From the NCBI GenBank assembly GCA_031367385.1, contig JANLPS010000067.1, positions 1 to 21,860 on the forward strand: a stretch of DNA of 21,860 nt, in the 5' to 3' direction. Source of the stretch: Archangium sp. Lineage in GTDB: Bacteria; Myxococcota; Myxococcia; Myxococcales; Myxococcaceae. Positions 1-7,943 of the stretch are shown here, piece by piece. Every line of letters begins with the position of its first letter. Positions within the stretch are counted from its first letter, which is position 1. A program made the translations under genes and the position numbers. Under the pieces are notes generated by a model, which saw only the letters and a list, made by a program, of their open reading frames with translations, had not been told where the DNA came from and did not search any database.

Positions 1-86
1 CGCGCGCGTCACGCCGGGTAACGACTGCAGTCACCCTCTCGACACCCACCGCCCGCAACCACCCCCGTGTCGATGGCGGTCGGCAA

Positions 87-102
87 TGCAGCACGTGTGC
101 CG
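87..102 (-). promoter_or_regulatory. Putative sigma54 (-24/-12) promoter pointing out of the left edge of the window
   Basis: Minus strand reads CGGCACACGTGCTGCA, i.e. GG-N10-GC, close to the TGGCACG-N4-TTGCW consensus. It lies in a non-coding stretch downstream of the radical SAM gene. Confidence 0.55.
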
Positions 103-372
103 CACTGAAGTGCGCGAGATGATTCAGCTCGAGCAGCAGAGGCAGTCTCAGCGCGAGCTGTGAATCTCTTTCATTCGCTCCGCCAGGGCCATCGGTGACT
201 GCGCGTCTTCTCTGAAGCGCCGAAACAGCTCGACGTCTTCGAGCGGTGTGCCACTTTTCTGGCATCGGCCTGCCTGACGGCAGATACCCCCCGGGCCGAC
301 CGAAGCCCCGATGTGCCGATCAGCGTGATGGCCATGGGGCCGGGAGCCCGACCACAGGCCGCGCGGGGCCGG

Positions 373-1920
373 TCAAAGCATCGTCTGCACCGCGACCTTG
401 GGCCCCAGCGTCGGCCACTCGGTCGCCTTGCGCCGCCCATCGGGGGTTCGCCGCGCCTCATACGGTACGCACCCGTGCGCCTCGAACGCCTTGCGCCACG
501 CCGAGAACGCGCCCCCGGCTTTGTACGCGTCGTACGCCGCCAGCCCACCCTCGGGCCCGCACTGGGCCAGCATGTACTCGACCCACGCCCAGCGCGCGCT
601 GACGGGGCGAATCTCTGCGCGGCCTCGCAGGGCCTTGCGCAGCCGCTCGAGCCGCCGGTCAATCACGTCGATGCCAGCGAAGGCCGACCCATCGAGCGGC
701 GTGTTTCGCTTCGCCGCGAACGGCGCGACCCCCAACGCCACCGGCAGAATCTTCGACAGCTCGGTGGTGAAGCGCCCCAGCTCATCGATGTCGGCGTCGG
801 TCTCGAAGGGCAGCCCGACCATGTTGTACACCTTCAGCCGCTTCATGCCGGCGGTCTTGGCGAAGTGCGCGGCGTTCAAGATCTGCGTCTCCGAATGCTT
901 TCGGTCGACCAGGTCTCGCATTCGCTGCGAGGCGCCGTCGCTGGCGACGGTCAAGGCCTGTGCGCCGCCGGCCCGGAGTGCGCTCACCAGCGGCTGGGTC
1001 AGCCGATCAGCCCGCAGCGACGACACCCCCACCTCGCGCCCCGCCTTCACCAGCGTCTCGAGCAGCTCGACGATGCGCGGGTGGTCGGTCACCGCCGCGC
1101 CCACCAGGCCGACCCGGCGCGCGTGCTCGGGTATCAGCTCGAGCACCCGCTCAGGCGCCACCGTGCGCATGCCCCCGTTGGTGGTGCGGCGCATCACGCA
1201 GTAGTGGCAGCCCCTCGAGCAGCCGCGCTCGGGCTCGATGAGAAACATGCTCCGAAGCTCGGTGTTGGCGGTGATGATCGACGAGCGCGCGGGCAACCTC
1301 GCGTCAGCCGTGCGGTGCACCTGATACCGGGTCGACTCGGCCGAAAGGCCAGGCACCCGAAACCCAGGCATCGTGGCCAGCTGGGTCAACCAGCCCTCTT
1401 TGTCGCCCCCGCCCTGCACGACGTCGAGCAGCTGATGAATGGTGTCTTCGGCCTCGCCCTGCAGCAGCACGTCGACGAAGGGCTCGAGCGGGTCGGGGTT
1501 CGAGAACGTCAGAGGCCCGCCGGCGATGACCAGGGGCGCCGTTTTCGGCCGCTCGGTTCGCAGCACAGAATACCCGCCGCGCTCGAGCAGGGTGAACACC
1601 CCCGCGAGCTCGAGCTCGTACGATACCGAAAACGCAATCAAATCAAAGCGGTTGAGCGGCGACTGCGTCTCTTCACTGAAGGGCTCGAGCCCTGCCTTCA
1701 CCAGCGCCTCGACGTCATCGGGCAAGAACAGCCGCTCGGCCGTCACCCCCGGGTGCAGGTGCATCTCGCGGTAAATCGCCTGGTAGCCCAGGCTGCTCAT
1801 GCCGACGTGGTACGGGCTCGGGTAGCAGAGCGCGACCTTGAGCGGCGCCTCTTTGAAGAGCGTGCCCTGCTCTGCCGCTAAGCGACCTCGGGCAGCCTCG
1901 AGCAGTTCAAAGCGCGACAC
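373..1920 (-). CDS. Radical SAM protein with an N-terminal B12-binding-like domain (YgiQ/TIGR03960-like, function unknown)
   Basis: CxxxCxxC motif in RGCSRGCHYC; N-terminal 'VALCYPSPYHVGMSSLG' and 'LVIAGGP...NPDPLEPFVD...GEAE' typical of this family; TIM-barrel motifs 'SSLRAD' and 'YNMVGLPFETDADI'. Start placed at GTG 1920 (about 515 aa); the ORF track extends to 1938, so the start is uncertain. Confidence 0.88.
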   Translation of the reverse strand: MSRFELLEAARGRLAAEQGTLFKEAPLKVALCYPSPYHVGMSSLGYQAIYREMHLHPGVTAERLFLPDDVEALVKAGLEPFSEETQSPLNRFDLIAFSVSYELELAGVFTLLERGGYSVLRTERPKTAPLVIAGGPLTFSNPDPLEPFVDVLLQGEAEDTIHQLLDVVQGGGDKEGWLTQLATMPGFRVPGLSAESTRYQVHRTADARLPARSSIITANTELRSMFLIEPERGCSRGCHYCVMRRTTNGGMRTVAPERVLELIPEHARRVGLVGAAVTDHPRIVELLETLVKAGREVGVSSLRADRLTQPLVSALRAGGAQALTVASDGASQRMRDLVDRKHSETQILNAAHFAKTAGMKRLKVYNMVGLPFETDADIDELGRFTTELSKILPVALGVAPFAAKRNTPLDGSAFAGIDVIDRRLERLRKALRGRAEIRPVSARWAWVEYMLAQCGPEGGLAAYDAYKAGGAFSAWRKAFEAHGCVPYEARRTPDGRRKATEWPTLGPKVAVQTML

Positions 1921-1941
1921 GTGGGGTGCAAGAAACACGAA

Positions 1942-1970
1942 ACCCCCGCTCCAGCAAGTGGGGCGGGGGT
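1942..1970 (-). terminator. Stem-loop, probable intrinsic terminator of the oar-mlpA transcript
   Basis: Minus strand ACCCCCGCCCCA-CTTGC-TGGAGCGGGGGT (12-bp stem, one mismatch) followed by TTCGTGTTTCTT, about 30 nt after the double TAA TAA stop of the lipoprotein gene. Confidence 0.65.
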
Positions 1971-1999
1971 CACGGGCTGAAACTTCAGCGGGTTGCTTA

Positions 2000-2782
2000 T
2001 TACTTGAGCTTCGAGAGCGTATCGAACGAGACCGTCGGCACGCACTCGCCGAAGTCGGTGTCGCACTTCGGCGCGTAATCGAGGCTCAACCCTGAGCCTT
2101 GCACGCGGCCTGCATCGAGGTTCGCGTTGGGGTTGCAGTCTTCATCGGTCTCGCAACCGATGGCCGGCCAGATGCCGTCGACATTGTAGGTCGCCGTGCA
2201 GGTGTCTCGGGTGATCTCGAGGGTGGCGTTGACCACCGTGCCGGGGAAGCGAGCCGAGTTGAGGAAGCGGAAGTTCTTCCACTCGTACTTGATGTGGGTC
2301 GCGGGCAGATCCTTGACGCCGCCATCCTTCGGGAAGTCCTTCGTGTGCTGCTGAATCGCGGGGTAGGTCTGCTCACCCGGCGCCAGGGTCGCGCTGCACA
2401 CACCATTGGTGTCTGCTGCGATGCCCGCCAACGGGCCTCGCGCCGACTCTTTGGTGTAGTTCGGGTCAGTCGGGTCGATGCGAATGAAAGGGCCACCCGT
2501 GACGTCGAGGTTCTTCACGCGCGTCACCGCGCCCATGCCGCTGGCCAACACGGCGACGGTCGCGCTGGTCGCGCCCGGGGCCTGGTACTTTTGAATACGA
2601 AAGTTCTCACCCGCCAACCCCGCGCAGGCTCCACCCTCCGTACCCGTCACCAGGGTGTACTTCCCGGCGAACGTCGTCGTCGCCGGGCTACATTCGAAGG
2701 CAGGCTGGGCCACGTAGCATGAGCTGAGCAACCCTCCCACCAACGCCGATGTCAGAAATGCAAAGCTGATTTGAGTTTTCAT
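2000..2782 (-). CDS. mlpA: Cys-rich lipoprotein, MlpA-like
   Basis: Signal peptide II with lipobox LSSC (Cys22) and 8 further Cys. It starts 12 nt after the oar stop, with AAGGA overlapping that stop. The position matches the oar-mlpA operon known from Myxococcus xanthus; the symbol rests mainly on synteny. Confidence 0.75.
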   Translation of the reverse strand: MKTQISFAFLTSALVGGLLSSCYVAQPAFECSPATTTFAGKYTLVTGTEGGACAGLAGENFRIQKYQAPGATSATVAVLASGMGAVTRVKNLDVTGGPFIRIDPTDPNYTKESARGPLAGIAADTNGVCSATLAPGEQTYPAIQQHTKDFPKDGGVKDLPATHIKYEWKNFRFLNSARFPGTVVNATLEITRDTCTATYNVDGIWPAIGCETDEDCNPNANLDAGRVQGSGLSLDYAPKCDTDFGECVPTVSFDTLSKLK

Positions 2783-2794
2783 TGGCGTCGATCC

Positions 2795-5700
2795 TTAGAA
2801 CGTAAACTTGATGCCGAAACGAACCTGCCGCGGCGACTGATACGCGGGGATACCGCTCGTGTTGGTCGGCTGCTTGAAATTCTTGCTGTACTGGCTCGGG
2901 TCGAGATTGGTGGTGATGTCGTCGCTGCGAACCACAGGCGTGGTGCAGCCCGGCTTCACGTTGCCACCAATGCACAGCGCTTCTTGCGGGTTTTGGCCAG
3001 CAGCAAGCGTGTACGGGAGCACGTTCTCTTGGGTCAGGTTCTCGTCGAGCGCAGTGGCTGCGGCGAAGTTCATCAGGTTCAAGACGTCAACAGAGAACTG
3101 AATGCCGTAGTCCTTGTTGATCTGGTACCCGACGCCACCCTTCACGCTGATCTCGTGCACCCAGGGCGTACGGCCAGCTGAGCCACGGGGCAGAATGTAG
3201 GCTTCACCGGGCCCGTAGACCGGGTGTGAACCCAAGTAGCTCAACGGCGTGCCGCTCGAGGCCGTGTAGGTCAAGCCGAGGAGCAACGACAAGCCCCCGG
3301 AGATGACGAACTGCTTCGAGGCGAAGCCCTTGATGTAGTGGGTGCGATCGCCCGGCAACGGGCCGGTCTGGTTGGCCAACAACGACTTCAAGTCGAACGT
3401 GGAGTTCGAACCGGGGTCGAGCTGCCCAGTCTCAGGGCGCACGAAGCCGGCCCAGTTACCGCGCAGGTACGACCAGGTGTAGCTCAGCTGTGCAAACCAG
3501 CCGTCGGCCATCACCTTCGTCGCCATCACAGTGACCGCGTCGTAGTCACGAGTCGCCTTGGGGAAGGCGGTCGCCAGGCCGTAGCCCGGGTTGCCAATGA
3601 AGTAGGTCGCGCCTTCGTCATTGCTCATGTCTTCGATGATGTTCTGAACCCAGCTCTTCGTGTACGTCACACCGATTCGCAGATCGCTGACGACTTCGTA
3701 CTCGCCGCCAAGAACGATTTCGTCTTTGGCCTGCGCTTGGAGGTTGGGGTCAACCGGCGACCGGCCTTGACCGGTGACGGTCGCGAAGCGGCTGGGCGCG
3801 TTGAGTGAGGTCGTCGGAGCGTAGGTGCTCTGGTCGCAGGCCGGGCCGTTGATCGCGTTCGGGTCGCGGCCGATGTCGCAGCGACGGGTGAACGAGGCCT
3901 GGTTCTCGCCCGAGAGCGCGCGGTCGGCGATGTTGAGCGGCATCGCCTGGTAGTACCGAGCGAAGTTCGCGTAGATCTTCGAGCGGCCCTGCTGGGTCGG
4001 GTCGAAGATCACACCGATGCGGGGCGACCACATGTTGTTCAGCGCCATGCCGAGCTTGCCGGTGGCGTCGTACAACTGCTGGGTGTCGTAGCGAACGCCG
4101 GCGTTCAAGGTCACCCGGTCGAAGATCGACCAGCTGTCTTGCAGGTAGGCGCCGAACTGGTTGGTCGTCGGCGTCACGTTGACGCTGAGCTGACGATTCA
4201 CTTCGTCAGGGCCGGTCAAGAACGCATACGCGCGGTAGTCGGCGATGCTGGCGCCGTTGGTCGCTTGACGACCGAGCACGCCGCCCGAGTAGGCCTTGAG
4301 CACGTTGTAACGGTCGTATTCGTAGTCGATGCCGCCCTTGAAGACGTGGTGACCGGCCGCGCTGAGCAGGTAGGTCAACGAGCCACGGGCCTGAACACGG
4401 TCCATCGTGTTCTGCTGCAAGAAGCCGAAGCCGCCCAAGGTGTAGGTGATGCCCGTCGCCGTTGCAGGGCAACGCGGCAGGGTGTCACCCGGGTGCTCAG
4501 GCGCGCAGGCGGCCTGAACGTTCGCCGGCAGGTCTTCGATGTCGGTCAACGAAATGGGGTTCTTTGCGTTACGCAAGATGACCGCAGGCGTACCGGCCGA
4601 ACCCTGGCCTGAAGCGATCTGCGAGCCGTCGTCAGGCAAGCCGTTGGGCTGGCTGGTCTGCCGGAAGTAGCCCACCGAGGCGTCGATCAAGAAGTGCTTG
4701 TCGAAGAAGCCGCCCGAGTACTTGAGCACCGTGGTGATGCTCGAGTCAGCGACGGAGCTACCCGCGACGCGGTTGCCGAAGCCCCCGTTCGGCGTGTGCT
4801 GGTTCTCGTTGCTGCCGATGACCGACAACGACACGTTGTTGTCAGAGTTGATCAACAAGGTCAGCTTGGCGATGTAGTTGATCGACCGGTTGTCGCGAAA
4901 GCGTTTCTTCGCGTAACCCGCGATTTCAGTCGTCGCGACGTCGCCGTTCTCGTCAACCTTGTAGCCGCCGGTGTCTTGGTCAACCGTGTAGGCGTTGAGG
5001 GTGCGGGTGTCTTGCCGGCGGCTGAACGTCGGGCTGAAGCCCGCGTAGAACCACAAGCGGTCTTTGAGAATCGGGCCACCGAGGTCAGCGCCGAAGTCGG
5101 CGATGTTCCACAGCTGGCTCTGGGTGACGACCGAGGCACCCTTCGTGATGATCTGCGGCGACGACGACGCCAAGACGCCAGGGGTGAAGTTGGTGAACAC
5201 CGAGCCGTGAAACTCATTCGAGCCCGACTTGGTCTGCGCGGTGATGATACCGCCACCGGCGCGGCCGTACTCGGCGTTGTAGCTGCCCGAGATGACGTTG
5301 GCTTCTTCGATGAAGTCGACCGGCAAGGTCGCACCGTTGACGCCCGTCTGCGGGTCATTGACGCTGACGCCGTCGAGGTAGATCTGGTTTTCGGCCGAGG
5401 TCGCACCCGAGAAGCCGTACCCGTAGGTGTCGGCAGAAACCTGCGGCGCAGCAGCCGCGAGCGACTCGAATGAGCGCACGCCGGTCGCCGAGGGGCGCAA
5501 GAAGGGCACGTTGTTGATGAACTCTTTGCCGACCGTCACGCCCGTGGTGGTCGAACCGATGTCGACCGTGGGGGGCTTGCCGACGACGGTGATGACATCG
5601 CCGCCTCCGACTGACTCAGGCAACATCTGAATGTTGACGCGAACCGTCTTGTCGAGGTGAACGACGACGTCGGGCCGGTTGAAGAGCTTGAACGACTCTT

Positions 5701-5953
5701 TTTCGAGCTTGAGGAGATACGTACCAGCGGGAAGCTGGCCCAGGCGGTAGGTACCCGACGCGTCGGTGACCACCACTTCTTCGCCCTGCAGAGAGGGGCT
5801 GGTGGCCGTGACGACCACATCGGGAACAGGTTTACCTGAGGCTGCATCAGTCACCGTACCGGTGATGACTGACTGGCCTTGGGCATAGGAGACAGACGCA
5901 AGGACCGACGCTGCCATGAGCGCGGCCTTGTACAACAGATTTTTGGAGCGCAC
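2795..5953 (-). CDS. oar: Oar-type TonB-dependent outer-membrane transporter with N-terminal carboxypeptidase-regulatory-like extension
   Basis: GGAGGG SD 7 nt before GTG 5953 (about 1052 aa). Sec signal peptide (…SVSYA|QGQ); 'ITGTVTDAASGKPVPDVVV' extension domain; TonB-box-like DVITVVG; plug motif 'GSYNAEYGRAGGGIITAQTKSGSNEFHGS'; barrel motifs 'YLQDSWSI..RVTLNAGVRYD' and 'WSPRIGVIFDP'; C-terminal Phe (GIKFTF). Divergent from tonB-exbB-exbD-exbD. Confidence 0.9.
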   Translation of the reverse strand: MRSKNLLYKAALMAASVLASVSYAQGQSVITGTVTDAASGKPVPDVVVTATSPSLQGEEVVVTDASGTYRLGQLPAGTYLLKLEKESFKLFNRPDVVVHLDKTVRVNIQMLPESVGGGDVITVVGKPPTVDIGSTTTGVTVGKEFINNVPFLRPSATGVRSFESLAAAAPQVSADTYGYGFSGATSAENQIYLDGVSVNDPQTGVNGATLPVDFIEEANVISGSYNAEYGRAGGGIITAQTKSGSNEFHGSVFTNFTPGVLASSSPQIITKGASVVTQSQLWNIADFGADLGGPILKDRLWFYAGFSPTFSRRQDTRTLNAYTVDQDTGGYKVDENGDVATTEIAGYAKKRFRDNRSINYIAKLTLLINSDNNVSLSVIGSNENQHTPNGGFGNRVAGSSVADSSITTVLKYSGGFFDKHFLIDASVGYFRQTSQPNGLPDDGSQIASGQGSAGTPAVILRNAKNPISLTDIEDLPANVQAACAPEHPGDTLPRCPATATGITYTLGGFGFLQQNTMDRVQARGSLTYLLSAAGHHVFKGGIDYEYDRYNVLKAYSGGVLGRQATNGASIADYRAYAFLTGPDEVNRQLSVNVTPTTNQFGAYLQDSWSIFDRVTLNAGVRYDTQQLYDATGKLGMALNNMWSPRIGVIFDPTQQGRSKIYANFARYYQAMPLNIADRALSGENQASFTRRCDIGRDPNAINGPACDQSTYAPTTSLNAPSRFATVTGQGRSPVDPNLQAQAKDEIVLGGEYEVVSDLRIGVTYTKSWVQNIIEDMSNDEGATYFIGNPGYGLATAFPKATRDYDAVTVMATKVMADGWFAQLSYTWSYLRGNWAGFVRPETGQLDPGSNSTFDLKSLLANQTGPLPGDRTHYIKGFASKQFVISGGLSLLLGLTYTASSGTPLSYLGSHPVYGPGEAYILPRGSAGRTPWVHEISVKGGVGYQINKDYGIQFSVDVLNLMNFAAATALDENLTQENVLPYTLAAGQNPQEALCIGGNVKPGCTTPVVRSDDITTNLDPSQYSKNFKQPTNTSGIPAYQSPRQVRFGIKFTF

Positions 5954-5993
5954 GGAGACACCCTCCAGCGGGTTGGGAACGAATGCGGCGGGC

Positions 5994-6021
5994 ACCCTAC
6001 AGTGTGTGCCGTTGGTGTCAA
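5994..6021 (-). promoter_or_regulatory. Putative sigma70/sigmaA promoter of oar-mlpA
   Basis: Minus strand TTGACA (6021-6016), 16-nt spacer, TAGGGT (5999-5994), about 40 nt upstream of the oar start. This also argues against the longer ORF start at 6031. Confidence 0.6.
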
Positions 6022-6069
6022 CAGAGATCATTGCTTTCTTGCAAATTTTGGTAAAGGGGCGCCCACACC

Positions 6070-6798
6070 ATGTTCGACTCAGTGCTCAACACAGGGAACA
6101 CGCCTCGTTCGCGCTTCGGCACGGGCACCGTGATCTCGATCATCGTTCACGTCTTGGTCCTCGGTGTGGTGGTGTTTTTCACCACACGCCCTCCTCCTGA
6201 AAAAGAGGTGGTCAGCGAGGTGAAGTTCTTCGCCGCGCCGCCGCCTCCGCCTCCGCCTCCGCCCCCCGCGGGCGCGAGCCACCCGAAGACCGAGGTGAAG
6301 AAGAAGCCGATCAAGAAGCCTGATCAGATCATTCAGCCCAAAGAGATACCCAAAGAGAAGCCGGCCGAGGCTGAGCCCGAGAAGAACCCCGAGCCCGAAG
6401 AAGCGGCTGGCGGCGTGCCGGGTGGCGTGGTCGGCGGCGTGGTGGGCGGCGTCGTCGGAGGCGTGGTCGGCGGCACTGTCGGCGGCACCGGCAACGCAAC
6501 CGACGTGGTGGCCTTCGGTGAAGGCATGACCCGCCCGGTGCTCGACATGTCTGAGATCATTCGCAGCGCGTACACCCGCGAGGCCCGCGAGGCCCGCGTC
6601 GAAGGCATGATGATCGTCAAGTGTAAGGTCTACGCAGACGGCACCGTGCGCGACTGCCGGGTCATCAAGCCCGTGCCGTTCATGACCGAGAACGTGCTCA
6701 AAATCATCAGCGAGCTCAAAGCCAAGCCGGGCACCTTTCAGGGTAAGCCCATCGGCATCGATTACGTGTTCAATATTCGATTCGTGATGCCGAAATAA
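6070..6798 (+). CDS. tonB: Energy transducer TonB
   Basis: N-terminal TM helix with S-x3-H (ISIIVH), poly-Pro and Lys/Glu/Pro-rich linker, GGVV repeats, C-terminal TonB domain 'YTREAREARVEGMMIVKCKVYADGTV'. Followed by exbB and exbD. Confidence 0.93.
   Translation: MFDSVLNTGNTPRSRFGTGTVISIIVHVLVLGVVVFFTTRPPPEKEVVSEVKFFAAPPPPPPPPPPAGASHPKTEVKKKPIKKPDQIIQPKEIPKEKPAEAEPEKNPEPEEAAGGVPGGVVGGVVGGVVGGVVGGTVGGTGNATDVVAFGEGMTRPVLDMSEIIRSAYTREAREARVEGMMIVKCKVYADGTVRDCRVIKPVPFMTENVLKIISELKAKPGTFQGKPIGIDYVFNIRFVMPK
6409..6486 (+). repeat. Coding 12-bp tandem repeat (GGVV)n in the TonB linker
   Basis: ggcggcgtgccg ggtggcgtggtc ggcggcgtggtg ggcggcgtcgtc ggaggcgtggtc ggcggcactgtc ggcggc, encoding GGVP-(GGVV)4-GGTV-GG. 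Confidence 0.8.
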
Positions 6799-6857
6799 GT
6801 ATGTCGTCTCCCCTCCCTTCGTTCTCACAGCACACCCGTTAAGGAAGCATTTCACTC

Positions 6858-7520
6858 ATGGATTTTTCACTCGCACACCTTTGGCAGTCGATGGGCATGT
6901 TCGCGAAGTTCATCGTGTTCGTGCTGGGCTTCATGTCAGTCGCGTCGTTGCTCGTGATGTTCGAGCGCATCGCGACGTTCATGCGTTCGCGCTCTGAGTC
7001 GGTGATGTTCGCGACCAAGATGTCGAAGCTGCTCTCGAACGGTGACATCGCCGGTGCCGCCTCGGCGGGCCTCAACAAGAAGGTCGGTCACCTCGGCCGC
7101 GTGATCAACGCCGGCCTGATGGCGTTCAAGATCGCGCCCAAAGACAAAGACGCCGCGGTCGAGTCAGTCGCTCGCGCGCTCGAGCGCCAGGCGGCCCGCG
7201 AGGTCTCGAGCCTCAAGCGCGGCCTGGGCGTGCTCGCCACCGTCGGTTCGATCGCCCCGTTCGTCGGGCTGCTCGGCACCGTCATGGGCATCGTGAACTC
7301 GTTTCAGCAGATGGCCGTCTCCGGCTCGGGCGGTCTGGGCACCGTCTCCGGCGGTATCTCTGAGGCGCTCATCACCACCGCCTTCGGTCTGCTCGTCGCC
7401 ATTCCCGCCGTTGCGGCGTTCAACTTCTTGCAGGGCTGGGTCGACGCGCGCACCGTCGACATCAGCGAGTCATCGAACGAATTTCTCGACGTGGTCTCGC
7501 GCCACTTCGCGCAAGGGTAA
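6858..7520 (+). CDS. exbB: MotA/TolQ/ExbB proton channel protein
   Basis: 'LATVGSIAPFVGLLGTVMGIVNSF' and 'GISEALITTAFGLLVAIPA' signature helices; AAGGAAG SD. Confidence 0.95.
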   Translation: MDFSLAHLWQSMGMFAKFIVFVLGFMSVASLLVMFERIATFMRSRSESVMFATKMSKLLSNGDIAGAASAGLNKKVGHLGRVINAGLMAFKIAPKDKDAAVESVARALERQAAREVSSLKRGLGVLATVGSIAPFVGLLGTVMGIVNSFQQMAVSGSGGLGTVSGGISEALITTAFGLLVAIPAVAAFNFLQGWVDARTVDISESSNEFLDVVSRHFAQG

Positions 7521-7526
7521 CCCGCC

Positions 7527-7943
7527 ATGGGCATGGGCGGAGGAGGCGCACGCGGCGCCATCAAGAGTGAGATCAACATCACGCCGCTCGTCGACGTGGT
7601 GCTCGTGCTGCTGATCATCTTCATGGTGATCACGCCGATGCTCCAGAAGGGCAAGCAGGTGAACATGCCCAAGGCGCAGCCGCACGAAGAGAAGGGCACT
7701 GAAGAAGAGCCGCTCTACGTGTCGATCACGACCGACAAGAAGGTCTACATCGACCAAGACGAGTACACCGACGAGACGTTCACCGCTGAAATCGAGAAGA
7801 AGCTGCTCGCCAAGCCCGGCCGCAAGATTCTGCTCAAGGGTGATGAGACCCTGGTGTTCGACGACGTGCGCAAGGTGATGAACCTCGCTCGCAAAGGCGG
7901 CGCCAAGGCCATCGCGTTGGGCGTCGAAGAGGTCAAGAACTGA
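7527..7943 (+). CDS. exbD: Biopolymer transport protein ExbD/TolR (copy 1)
   Basis: 'EINITPLVDVVLVLLIIFMV' with the conserved TM Asp; periplasmic 'ILLKGDETL..DDVRKVM'. Confidence 0.93.
   Translation: MGMGGGGARGAIKSEINITPLVDVVLVLLIIFMVITPMLQKGKQVNMPKAQPHEEKGTEEEPLYVSITTDKKVYIDQDEYTDETFTAEIEKKLLAKPGRKILLKGDETLVFDDVRKVMNLARKGGAKAIALGVEEVKN

Noticed and set aside
313..1881. 522-aa plus-strand ORF and other long overlapping ORFs (e.g. 15628-17250, 17405-18502, 10468-11724, 13712-14647)
   Set aside because: Antisense or alternate-frame shadows of well-supported genes, expected in high-GC DNA; Arg/Ala/Gly-rich with no recognisable motifs.
1976..1989. GCTGAA-AC-TTCAGC palindrome after mlpA
   Set aside because: Short, 2-nt loop, single occurrence; insufficient evidence for a function.
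373..2782. Radical SAM + M16 peptidase + TBDT as a RiPP (PQQ-like or ranthipeptide) cluster
   Set aside because: The radical SAM lacks a SPASM/twitch Cys cluster and an RRE domain, no precursor peptide is adjacent, and the peptidase is about 10 kb away.
5954..6031. 26-codon N-terminal extension of Oar in the ORF track
   Set aside because: It overlaps the predicted promoter; the SD and signal peptide fit GTG 5953.
6409..6486. Tandem repeats as a CRISPR array or contingency locus
   Set aside because: In-frame, codon-degenerate coding repeats with no spacers and no cas genes.
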